Source: a virus
Taxonomy: Duplodnaviria > Caudoviricetes
Reading direction: 5' to 3' (one strand)
IMG/VR virus record: IMGVR_UViG_3300008255_000098
DNA length: 64,000 nucleotides
The position numbers and the translations under genes are program-made. Of this stretch, positions 18,129 through 28,267 are shown piece after piece. The first letter of the stretch is position 1. Every line of letters starts with the position of its first letter. The notes beneath the pieces are model-generated. The model saw nothing but the letters and a program-made list of their open reading frames with translations. It was not told the origin of the DNA and ran no database searches.

Positions 18129-18450
18129 ATGGGTTGGGCTACAGTATATGTTGAAAAATTGTTTTCTGGAGAATGTGTTGATTTTCGTCTACTAGGAAAT
18201 TCAACGCAACCAATTATTAAATCTGGGGAACACGTTTTTGTAGAACCAATTACAGAAAATACCGAACTGTCTATTAAAGACGTTGTTTTGTGTAAGGTTA
18301 GTGATAAACAATATTTGCATTTGGTTACAATAATTTGAGGAACAGATATCAAAATATCAAATTTCAAATAATATCGGAAAGGATGCCGTGCTTCTAACAT
18401 ATTGGCAAAGAAAGAAATGTTTAAGCAGATTCCAAAGAAATTCACATATA
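18129..18450 (+). pseudogene. Disrupted S24/S26-like peptidase gene
   Basis: GNSTQPII..G..V.VEP..DVVLCKV..YLHLV followed by a premature TGA. Confidence 0.4.
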
Positions 18451-18454
18451 AAAT

Positions 18455-19246
18455 ATGCAAACTTTTGATTTAATAAAAATGAAACAGTCGTGTGCTTTGG
18501 CTGCTGAGACGTTATTGTTTGTTGGAGATATTATCAACGAAGGGATGTCTACAGGGGATATAGATATTTTAGTGCATGAATTTATTCTTGGGGCATTTGC
18601 TTATCCCTCCCCACTTCACTATCAAGGGTTTCCAAGATCAATTTGTACAAGTAGAAATAATGTAATGTGCCATGGAATTCCAAATAAAAATGAAATATTG
18701 GAAAATGGCGATATAATCAACATAGATATAACTACATTTTTTCCAACCCAAGATGGTTTTCACGGAGACACTAGTGCTACATTTTATATTGGAACCCCTT
18801 CAGAGGAAGCACAGCGTATAACAAGAACTGCTCGTGAGTGTTTAGATTTAGGAATTGCAGTGGTGAAGCCAGGAGTTTATTTTGGAGACATAGGGGATAA
18901 AATTGTTTCGCATGCTTTACAAAATAAATGTTCTATAGCACCCGAGTTTGTTGGACACGGTATTGGTAAAGAATTCCACACTAACCCATATATTGACCAT
19001 TGTGGGAAAAAAAACACAGGAAAAATTATCGAGGAAGGAATGATTTTTACGATTGAGCCAATTTTAAATCTTGGTACTTCTGAACATATAATTTTAGAAG
19101 ATGGATGGACTGTAATAACAAAAGATGGTAGTTTAAGTGCGCAATTTGAACATACAATTTTAGTAGTCGAAAATGGTTGTGAAATCTTGACAGAAAGAAA
19201 TAGACCACTTAAAAACTCATTAGAAACTATTAGTAATAAAATTTAA
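18455..19246 (+). CDS. map: Methionine aminopeptidase type I
   Basis: SICTS.NN..CHGIP, DIINIDIT, HGDTS, GHGIG..FH, FTIEP, SAQFEHT. Confidence 0.95.
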   Translation: MQTFDLIKMKQSCALAAETLLFVGDIINEGMSTGDIDILVHEFILGAFAYPSPLHYQGFPRSICTSRNNVMCHGIPNKNEILENGDIINIDITTFFPTQDGFHGDTSATFYIGTPSEEAQRITRTARECLDLGIAVVKPGVYFGDIGDKIVSHALQNKCSIAPEFVGHGIGKEFHTNPYIDHCGKKNTGKIIEEGMIFTIEPILNLGTSEHIILEDGWTVITKDGSLSAQFEHTILVVENGCEILTERNRPLKNSLETISNKI

Positions 19247-19257
19247 GGAATTGTAAT

Positions 19258-19593
19258 TTGATTTTTACCGATAAAAATAAAAAATTTGGTAGTTGTAAGT
19301 TATGTCTTCGTGGAGAAGTTAAACTAACTTCACACCATCTAATTCCACGTACTTTACACTCAAATAAATGGTTCAAAAAAAATTACGAGCCAAATAAGCT
19401 ATTGATGACAGTGCCACTATGTGAAGATTGTCATAGAATGGTTCACAACACATTGTCCGAAAAAGACCTAGGAAAAAATTTTAATACTTTAGAATTGCTT
19501 TTATCACACCCTAAAGTATATAACTTTATTAGGTGGGTCCGCAGACAAAAGAAATCAAAAATTAATAATTTCAAACAGGAAAAAAATAAATGA
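19258..19593 (+). CDS. HNH-like endonuclease
   Basis: CKLC..TSHHLIP..LCEDCHRMVH. Confidence 0.7.
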   Translation: MIFTDKNKKFGSCKLCLRGEVKLTSHHLIPRTLHSNKWFKKNYEPNKLLMTVPLCEDCHRMVHNTLSEKDLGKNFNTLELLLSHPKVYNFIRWVRRQKKSKINNFKQEKNK

Positions 19594-20045
19594 TTGATCA
19601 GTTTAAAGATGATTTTAGATTTTTGTCTAATTTTTTTGATAGTCCATTCACACATAATGGAATTGTATTTCCTACTAATGAACATTTTTACCAAGCAATG
19701 AAAACTTTGAATATTGCTACTAGGAAGAAAATTGCGGCCCTGGACAGTCCAGAAAAAGCAAAGAAGTATGGCAGAACGCTTGTCCTGCGTCTTGGCTGGG
19801 AGGAAAATAAAATTCGTGTTATGCGCAAGGGGTTGGAACTTAAATTTATCACGGGTAGTCTTTTAGCCGAGATGTTACTCGCAACATTTCCAGAAGAACT
19901 TTTTGAAGGAAATTATTGGGGTGATACATTTTGGGGAGTTGATTTAAAAAATAACAACGTGGGAGAAAATTGGCTCGGTAAATTACTTATGGAAAGAAGA
20001 GATTGGCTTTTAAATAAAAAAACTGAAGAGGGAAAGCATGAGTAA
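19590..20045 (+). CDS. NADAR (YbiA-like) family protein
   Basis: FLSNF, TNEHFYQAMK, EGNYWGDTFWG, GENWLGKLLM. Confidence 0.92.
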   Translation: MIDQFKDDFRFLSNFFDSPFTHNGIVFPTNEHFYQAMKTLNIATRKKIAALDSPEKAKKYGRTLVLRLGWEENKIRVMRKGLELKFITGSLLAEMLLATFPEELFEGNYWGDTFWGVDLKNNNVGENWLGKLLMERRDWLLNKKTEEGKHE

Positions 20046-20559
20046 AAGAAAAATTGAAAAATGTCCGCTATGTGGTTTTAGTGATATCTATGTCGGGGCA
20101 ACAGCCGTGGAGTGTGGATACACTAATAAATGCAAAAACTGGACACAAAAGCAGGCTAACGTTGTGAAAGAATTATTCAAAAAACAAGAAGCTGCGGCAG
20201 AAATACACAAAAACAATAATTTAGGTTGGGATGAAGATGAAGAAACAACTTCCCCAAGTGGCGGCTTTTATTTGTATGACGGATTTTCAGATTAAATGGT
20301 AACAACAGAACAGGATATCAAATTTATTTGGGATACTTGGGGAGATACTAAGCCCTGGTATTGCCCTAAGTGTGATTCTTTGTTGGCCCCGGATGTATAC
20401 TCCTCTTGTGACGGTACCGATGAAGAAATACCAAAAAATCTTTGGAAGCCACACGAAAATGTTTTCATGGAAAGCTCTGTTACATTTGAGCAGTTTTCTG
20501 AAATTACAAAACGACAAAACGACTTGTAAAAAAATGTTTACCTAAGCATAATTACACCC

Positions 20560-20916
20560 ATGTACAAGTATACAGCAACAGTAGTTAAAATTATAGATGG
20601 CGACACACTAGATTTATTAATTGATTGTGGTTTTGGGATTTCAAAAAAAATTCGGGTGAGATTATTTGGTATTAATGCACCAGAAGTTTTTGGCATTAAG
20701 CACGATTCAGAAGAACACAAAAAGGGAATTGAGTCCACAAAATTCGTAGAAGATTGGCTTAAAGGTTGCGGGGATGAAATAATTGTTCTTACCCACAAAG
20801 ATAAAAAAGGGAAATTTGGAAGATATTTAGCTGAAATAATCAACCCTAAAACACTTGCTGTCTTAAATGAAGAAATAGTAATTAATGGATTTGCCGAAAG
20901 TAAAATTTACGATTAA
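20560..20916 (+). CDS. Thermonuclease (SNase-like)
   Basis: IIDGDT, VRLFGINAPE, KFGRYLA, LNEEIV..GFA. Confidence 0.9.
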   Translation: MYKYTATVVKIIDGDTLDLLIDCGFGISKKIRVRLFGINAPEVFGIKHDSEEHKKGIESTKFVEDWLKGCGDEIIVLTHKDKKGKFGRYLAEIINPKTLAVLNEEIVINGFAESKIYD

Positions 20917-21552
20917 AAATATACAGAAATTGTTTTATGGCACACCCTCAATATGAATAGGAATTATTATGCGTAAAATATTTTATCTCTTTTTGTTAGT
21001 TGGTTTGTTAGTATCTGGTTGTGCAAAATATGCTACTAATCAAAGACTTTCCACTAGTTTGTCAGCTACCACTCAACAGTTGAATGCTTACAGAACAGAA
21101 TCGAGTGAAACTTCTTTGGCAATTTATCAGTGTGTTCTCACCCAAGAATATTCTTTAGAAGCTGAGAGAATGTGTGAGCAGTCTGAAGGACATTTTTCAC
21201 ATATGTGTGCTATTAGTGATACTTGGGAATCATATTGTATGAATACCGAAGAAACTTCTAACGGCGAGGTATTAACAAATCCAAGAATCGGAGTTATTCT
21301 CGCCTTGAGAAATGTTATTTCAAATATAAGAGAAAACTATCTTAGGAATACACAAATTGAGGGCAGGGAAACGATAGTAAACGTGGAAAATGATTTTGTT
21401 AGAACTCCTGAATAAAATAAAATAAAGCTTTAAAGTTTCTATTTTAAATAAACTTTTGAAGTTTATATCTCAAACAAACTGTTTTATCACTATAGAAGCA
21501 ACAAGACACAATTAGCAATTTATTTATTGTATTTGTAGTATTTGGTGTTATA

Positions 21553-22032
21553 GTGATACACATGCGGAAAACTACTAAACATTTTTGGATAGAACAGTTA
21601 CGAGATCTAGAAAGATATTGCAACGAAAAAGGCTATAGAGTAGTGGTTAAATCTACCGGGATAGAAACGATAGATTTTGCCAATAAACTTATAACCCTAA
21701 ACAGCAAAAAAAATGATGAAACTACTTTTTATCTTTTGTTGCACGAAATGGGACATGCCCGTTTGATGAACAACAATGAAAAATATAAAAAAACATGTGG
21801 ATATGTTTTTGAAAATTTTTGTAAGAGTAGTCTCACACACGCAATTGCAATTTTAGAAGAAGAACTAGACGCTTGGAAAGAAGGACTTGTCTTAGCAAAA
21901 ACAATTAATTTTTATGTAGACCGTAGAAAGTGGGAGGCAATTAAAACTAAATGTATCTCCTCTTATGTGGCCTGGGTAGATAGTAAAAAGCAAGTTTCTA
22001 AAAAACAGGAAAATAAGAAAGATAATAAATGA
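21553..22032 (+). CDS. HExxH zinc metallopeptidase-like protein
   Basis: LLHEMGHA with downstream EEELDAW. Confidence 0.55.
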   Translation: MIHMRKTTKHFWIEQLRDLERYCNEKGYRVVVKSTGIETIDFANKLITLNSKKNDETTFYLLLHEMGHARLMNNNEKYKKTCGYVFENFCKSSLTHAIAILEEELDAWKEGLVLAKTINFYVDRRKWEAIKTKCISSYVAWVDSKKQVSKKQENKKDNK

Positions 22033-22781
22033 AAAAGAATATTAATTTGGTGGAAAAATCCAGACCTAAAAGTAAAGCACATTTAAAGGATGAAGAATTA
22101 TTTTATAAATATGCCATTACTAAAGATGGAAATTTGCGGAACACTTTGGTTCGTAATAATCAAGCACTTGTTACGTATATAGTAAATAAATACTATTCCA
22201 ACAGGAACGAATATCGAAAATATCGAGAAGATATCTTACAAGAAGGCACGCTCGGGCTAATGTCGGCGATTGATAGATACAAAGTAGAGTTAGGATACAA
22301 GTTTTCAACCTATGCTACTTGTTGGATCAGACAAGCAGTGAATAATTATCTTATCAATGTTGAGCCGTTAATCCATGTTCCTAGTCACATAAGGACACAA
22401 CACAATAAAATTGTCAAACAACTCAAAGAAGAAAATAAAACACTCCAAGCTCTTATCGCTGAAGGAAATAAGTCTGTAGAAATTAACGGAGAAAAAGTGA
22501 GTAAAAAGATGATGTGGTCGGTACAAAGTGCAATATGTACACATTATATTTCTTCAATAGACAAGCCCATAAACTCGAAAAACAGTGACGGGACTTCAGG
22601 CACTCTCAAGGACATTATTCCAGAACATAAACCAAGTTTGGATGTTATTTTTGATAGTATCAAGATGGTAGAAGTTATTAAAAATGGACTTGAAGCTTTG
22701 AATGATAGGGAGCGTAATATCTTACTACTGCGTTTTGATATAATTAATGAAAAAGATGTTTTAAGCGCAGAAACTAAATGA
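22029..22781 (+). CDS. RNA polymerase sigma70-family factor (regions 1.2-4.1, lacks the 4.2 HTH)
   Basis: NQALVTYIVNKY, DILQEGTLGLMSAIDRY..GYKFSTYATCWIRQAV, LNDRERNILLLRF. Confidence 0.88.
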   Translation: MKKNINLVEKSRPKSKAHLKDEELFYKYAITKDGNLRNTLVRNNQALVTYIVNKYYSNRNEYRKYREDILQEGTLGLMSAIDRYKVELGYKFSTYATCWIRQAVNNYLINVEPLIHVPSHIRTQHNKIVKQLKEENKTLQALIAEGNKSVEINGEKVSKKMMWSVQSAICTHYISSIDKPINSKNSDGTSGTLKDIIPEHKPSLDVIFDSIKMVEVIKNGLEALNDRERNILLLRFDIINEKDVLSAETK

Positions 22782-22819
22782 ATTAGAAAAAATAAGAGAA
22801 TTCAATAGAGGAAATACAA

Positions 22820-23092
22820 ATGATTAAAAAAAAATATGTGACAATTGCTGAAGGTACAGATTTTCGTACAATTGCAAAAATTATGACGACAAAAGGGTAT
22901 GTAATGAATCACGCAACCGCAAGGAACGTTTTGATTTCTGCGATCAAAAAAATACTAGCTCACTCTGCAAATGAGTTTGGAGTTAAAATTAGTCCTGAAA
23001 TGTTGAGTAAACTAGTTAAAGATCAAAGGCTTCATGGAGCTTTAGCGGACGTACTTTATAGAGTACAAAATCAACAAAAGGAAAACAAATGA
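22820..23092 (+). CDS. Small HTH-like protein, candidate detached sigma region 4.2
   Basis: DFRTIAKIM..NHATARNVLISAIKKI directly after the truncated sigma. Confidence 0.4.
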   Translation: MIKKKYVTIAEGTDFRTIAKIMTTKGYVMNHATARNVLISAIKKILAHSANEFGVKISPEMLSKLVKDQRLHGALADVLYRVQNQQKENK

Positions 23093-23330
23093 CAATCGAA
23101 GTTAAAAAACCAGATCTTCTTGCGGTAATAAACCGACGTGGCCGTACTTTAGAAGAATTTTTGGCAGAACTTGGGGTTTCTGACAGAAAAACTCTTGATA
23201 GAAAAATATCCTTATTAAAATCTCACTATACTGTAAGTGATACTTTTATAAAACAAGCTTATTTATTAGTTCCGAGTAAGCCAGTTGTAAAAATTGTAGA
23301 AGAGCCAGTGAAAATAGAAGCAGTAGCAGC

Positions 23331-23396
23331 GGGGGTGACTTCGGGGGTGACTTCGGGGGTGACTTCGGGGGTGACTTCGGGGGTGACTTCGGGGGT
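23331..23396 (+). repeat. 12-bp tandem repeat (GGGGGTGACTTC) x5.5, encoding (GVTS)n in ORF 23089-23487
   Basis: Five perfect units plus GGGGGT. Confidence 0.95.
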
Positions 23397-25693
23397 AGAA
23401 GACAAAAGTCAAAAAATCGAAGAACCTACCCGAACAAAAGAACGAAAAGTTGTTAGACAAAAAAAGTCTTCTAACAAAAAACAGTAGATAGATTAGATTA
23501 AATCTTTAAAAGTGCGGACAAGTATGGTAAAATGTTTAAATGGACAAACAAAATAAAAATCTAAGATTTACCGAAGGTAAGCTTGTGATGTATTCAAAAA
23601 AAAATACTCGTTCGGGACTTATCAAATATTTCTTACCAACAACAAATAAAAATAAATCTATATATAGTTATTTGCAGCGTGTAACAGGAACGGCACATAG
23701 ATATGTTGAAACATATGTTGATAACATGAAACGAGGAGTTCCGTTTTTGTTGATCGAAGACCCAAAATTAGTCAGCACGAAAGAAAAATATTTTTTATAT
23801 CAAGGTACAAATTCAGACGCAAATAGTCGAGCTAAAGGACAAATGTTTTGGAGAATTAAATTTTTATACAAAGAACAAATTTATGTGTCTTATTTAACTA
23901 GAAAGCAATATTCACAAGAGTTGGTTATTGCAGTTCTAGCTAGACTAAATAAGGACTATTCAATTGGAGGAAAAAACAAAACTATCTTTTAAAAAAGTTA
24001 AAGATCTTGGCAGGGTATGTGTCTTTCTAAGCGCAGAAACACTAAAAATAGCAGGAAATATAGCAGCTGCGCCATTAGCAGACCGTAAAAAAACTATGAT
24101 TTTTCCGCTAAATTTAGCGGCTAAAGCATACCAAGCAGTTAGTGACGGGTGGAATGCTTCTGTATGTAAACATATAAATTTACAGTTGGCCTCTTCAGGT
24201 ATTCACCCAGGCACAATTATTATTTCGCAAAAATCTATTATTGGTGTTCCAAACTCGTCTCTTTTACTTAGAGATAGAAAATATATTCTCATTCCAGAAA
24301 ATGAATATATTATGTTTTTGAATGTTGAACATAGCCAAATTAGTGATAATTTTTTGATTAAAGTGTTGTGGGGAACAAGAATCTTATTTATAAATTCACA
24401 AAAAGGAATTGAAACTTTTGAAGAAATATTTTCTTTAGCTTACGATGGAAAAACAAGAAACAAATTTTGATAAATTTATTATAGACAATTTTGGACTTTT
24501 ATTTTTAAAAGTCGGGATAGTTCCGGGAAGTATTTTAGTATGTGAAAAGCCAACAGTAATTTTATATAATTATGAAAATAAAATTAATGAAATAAACTTA
24601 TTAGAAAAAGACACGTTAGTTTTCTTAGGAACATTTGATAATTTTATTAGAAATAATATGTTTTTTTGGAGTGACGCTACTTTTTTAGGAATGATACATG
24701 GTAAATTTTACAATATTTTAATTTCAGATTTTCGGGCAAGAATTTTTAGAAATTTTGTTGTTTGGAAACAAGATAAATGATTAAATACAAAAGTAAAATA
24801 ATTTGTTTAACAACTCTTGCTACATTAAAACACGCCTATGGAATAGTGCCAGGAAATATTTTCTCTATTAGTGAAACCATCGAGTGCCATGAAATATGTG
24901 AAAAAATAAGCAAAGACCATATTCTAGAAACAGAAACTACGAAATTTATGGACAGAGTAGACGAAATACTTACAGCAGGCAAGTATATGATATTTTTAGA
25001 TATTGTTTTTGATCCAATCACTCATGAACATTTATTTTTGTTTTTACACCCAAATGGAATATATGGAAAAATTTGGAAGAAAAACCATTCGATCAGACAT
25101 TTAAAAGACTGGTTAACATGGGGAAAAGAAGAGAATAATGCCAGATAATCCAAGATATAAAAAAGGGGCACTGTGGCTAACGAGAACAAGCATACATGCG
25201 TTTTTAGACAGAGAACACAGTGAAAATAATGCTTTCTCTATTATTCCAAAAGGGGAATATGTAATGTTATTAGTTTATTTTTTGAATAAGAATTATTCTG
25301 AACATATTTCTATTTTATGGAACGAACATTTGTATTATGTTTATGATGTAGATACCGCATACCAATTTAACATTGATCCAGGACATCACAATACTAAACA
25401 AAGTTAAAATAATTTTAGTAGTAAATTAGTTTTGGCGCTATTATTATTCATGTGGCGCAAAACAAATACACTTTAGGAAAAATGTTTCAGGTGTTATCAA
25501 CTACATCAGTAATCACCACAAATCCAAATTGTTCACAAAATCGAACAATAACACACGTTGACCACAAAAAAATAGCAGTTGGGGAGATTTTATTATTAAT
25601 AGATTATTTTGATCTAGGAATATCAGGAATTTGGGTGTGGCTTTATTATGATAGTGTGGTATGGCAAGTGATGGAAAAAAATAATTTTAAGAA

Positions 25694-26515
25694 ATGTTGG
25701 AGGTTGTTATGAGGCCGGTAGTGTTGTTCAGAGCAGGTTTGGCAGAAGAAAAAGAAATGCAGGTTTGTGCAAAATATTTTCCTGTTATTACCCAACGAAG
25801 TCATGTTAAAAAAGATGATCTTATTATTCCTAGGTATTCAGCAATACCGTGGTACAAAGAGTTTGAAGAAGACGTAGTATATTCTGGCGGAAGGATAATC
25901 AACTCTTTTCGAGAGCACAACTATGTAGCGGATTTAAAAAATTGGTATTATCATCTTGAGGAATATACTCCAAGAACTTGGTTTTATTTGGATCAAATAC
26001 CCCAAGATGGTCCTTTTGTTTTGAAAGGACAAACAAGCTCTCTCAAACATAGTTGGAACACACACATGTTTGCTAAAAACAAACAAGAAGCAATTCAAGT
26101 ACATTCTAGATTATGTGAAGACAGTTATATTGGAACACAATTAATTTACGTGCGTCAGTTTGTTCCTTTGCGACGCCTTGCTGATGGTTTACAAGGTTTG
26201 CCTATATCTGAAGAATATAGATTTTTTGTACTCAATGGGGAAGTATTAAGTGGAGCATTTTATTGGTCTGAACATAGTGAGTATATTGAAGAACAAGGCA
26301 TAGATATTAGTTCAAACAATGTTCCAAAAGTCTTTTTAGATAAAATTATTTCTATTGTTAAGCCGCATATTCCATTTTTTGTAGTTGACATAGCACGAAC
26401 TGCAAGCGGGGAGTGGATAGTAATAGAATTAAATGACGCTCAAATGAGTGGGTTAAGCGATAATGATTCTGAAATATTGTATTCAAATATGAGAAAAGTG
26501 TTGTCTGAAAAGTAA
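25694..26515 (+). CDS. ATP-grasp domain protein (R2K/DUF4343-like)
   Basis: PFVLK, EEYRFFVLNG, VVDIA..WIVIELNDAQMSG. Confidence 0.75.
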   Translation: MLEVVMRPVVLFRAGLAEEKEMQVCAKYFPVITQRSHVKKDDLIIPRYSAIPWYKEFEEDVVYSGGRIINSFREHNYVADLKNWYYHLEEYTPRTWFYLDQIPQDGPFVLKGQTSSLKHSWNTHMFAKNKQEAIQVHSRLCEDSYIGTQLIYVRQFVPLRRLADGLQGLPISEEYRFFVLNGEVLSGAFYWSEHSEYIEEQGIDISSNNVPKVFLDKIISIVKPHIPFFVVDIARTASGEWIVIELNDAQMSGLSDNDSEILYSNMRKVLSEK

Positions 26516-26571
26516 ACTGTTAACCTCCAATATAATTATCTTTGAGCAAAAAACAACAAGATTTAAAAATA

Positions 26572-26680
26572 CTGTCTGGTTCAGGAACTGAGTCGGACAC
26601 TAAACAAAACGGAATAAGGCGTTGCCACCATTAGGGCGAGTCTAAGACCTCCGAAACCCGCCCCTGGGCGGGTAGTTCAC
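26572..26680 (+). mobile_element. Orphan IS200/IS605 right end / TnpB omega-RNA-like module (type A2)
   Basis: CTGTCTGGTTCAGGAACTGAGTCGGACAC..GAAACCCGCCCCTGGGCGGGTAGTTCAC; near-identical to A1. Confidence 0.78.
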
Positions 26681-26718
26681 AGCCACGTAAATATCGTAAA
26701 CAAATTCTTTGAAATTTT

Positions 26719-27081
26719 GGGGATAAATTGGATTCGACTTGGGAAACAACGGAACAATAACGTTGTAGTGGATGTTCACGCCCACTTAAATATCGTGAAC
26801 AAATATAAATGCAGATAATGCACCACTTGCTCTTGCTGCCTAAAAAACACTAGAGCCGTTGAACGGATAATGTGCTTCGATTACCGGGAAATGTCATTTT
26901 AGAGGCTAGACGAAATTACCATTGGATTGCTTTTGAGTAATTAGTTTAAATTAGTAAAAGTAAGAACCCGCTGTAGATGCTTGTAGCTTAGATGCGGAAA
27001 ATCTAAAATCAGGATAGACAACGTAAATGTTTTTCTAGAAGTTCTTGAGGACGAGGGCATCGAAGCCCTCTATCTCCACCA
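26719..27081 (+). ncRNA. ssrA: tmRNA, tag (A)ADNAPLALAA*
   Basis: GGGGATAAATTGGATTCGAC 5' end, G3:U70 acceptor, TATCTCCACCA 3' end, pk1, tag ORF 26811-26843. Confidence 0.95.
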
Positions 27082-27466
27082 AAATAAACTATTGCTGTAA
27101 TATGGATACTACAAACGAACAATATATAAATCGCCAAGATTTAAAAACACCTACTAAAAAGCTATCAGCACAGGTTGCCCATGATGTAATGCGTATAAAT
27201 TTATCTTTTGCGGGTGCAATTAAGAATTTTTCTGATTTTTCTTGTGAGTCAGAAAACCTTCCAATTTGTATGGTTTATTACGTCAAAAAATGGAGCCAAA
27301 CTTCTAGCTTTAGAAGAGAAAATCAAACAAACTACTATTCCATACGCCATGCAGCGAAACGCTGAGTATAATTTTGTATCCAAAGATACTCAACAGCATT
27401 GTGTATTGGGCTAGATATAAAATCAAAAATAAATTCTTTAACAAAACGATTGCAGGTTTACAAGTT

Positions 27467-28267
27467 ATGAAAACATTTATATTATATTTTATTACTTCAA
27501 TAATATTATTGTGTCCGTCAACAACACACGCCCAGACACTAACAACAGCTACTAATTACCCTATTGTTTTATCAACATTTCAAACAACTTATGGAGATTA
27601 TGGCAGGTATCACGGCCGAGCACGCAATATTAGGGTTGCTGCTGAACTTGTCTCAGGAATAGTACTGCAACCAAACGAAAGATTTTCGTTTAATGAAGTA
27701 GTTGGTGAGCGAACTAGGGAAAATAATTTTAGTGTTGCGCCGGTAATTGGTTCTGGAAGACTGCGATCCGGAATAGGCGGCGGTGTCTGTCAATTAGCGA
27801 GTACAATATATGCTGCTGCGCTTTATTCAGGAATGAATATAATTGAACATCACCAACACTCTAGAATTAGCAGATATATAAGTCCCGGTTTAGATGCGAC
27901 AGTAGATTGGGGTACTAAAGATTTAGTATTTGAAAATCCTTATTCATTTCCTGTGGTGTTGTTTGTTAGTATTTTACCTGGGCGATTACCAGCCGAACAA
28001 GCCGTAAAAGTAACTTTCTTGGCCCCAAGACACGGATATGAAGTAAATGTCTATTTTAATAGACGTATCAATGCCCGAGCTAATACAATAGAAGAGGTTG
28101 AACAAAGTATTCCGTTAGGACAAAGACATGTGGTAGAAACAGGAACACCGAGGGTGCAAGTTACAATGCGTAGAAGAATAACTAATTCGTCGAATGGAAC
28201 AGAAACTTTAGAACAAAATTATATGGTTTATCCTGCCTCAGATAGAATTTTTCAAGTTTCACCATAA
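27467..28267 (+). CDS. VanW-like protein with a C-terminal G5-like domain
   Basis: R..NIRVAA, FSFNEVVGER, GGGVCQLASTIY, H..HS..YISPGLDATV, DLVFEN; signal peptide. Confidence 0.85.
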   Translation: MKTFILYFITSIILLCPSTTHAQTLTTATNYPIVLSTFQTTYGDYGRYHGRARNIRVAAELVSGIVLQPNERFSFNEVVGERTRENNFSVAPVIGSGRLRSGIGGGVCQLASTIYAAALYSGMNIIEHHQHSRISRYISPGLDATVDWGTKDLVFENPYSFPVVLFVSILPGRLPAEQAVKVTFLAPRHGYEVNVYFNRRINARANTIEEVEQSIPLGQRHVVETGTPRVQVTMRRRITNSSNGTETLEQNYMVYPASDRIFQVSP

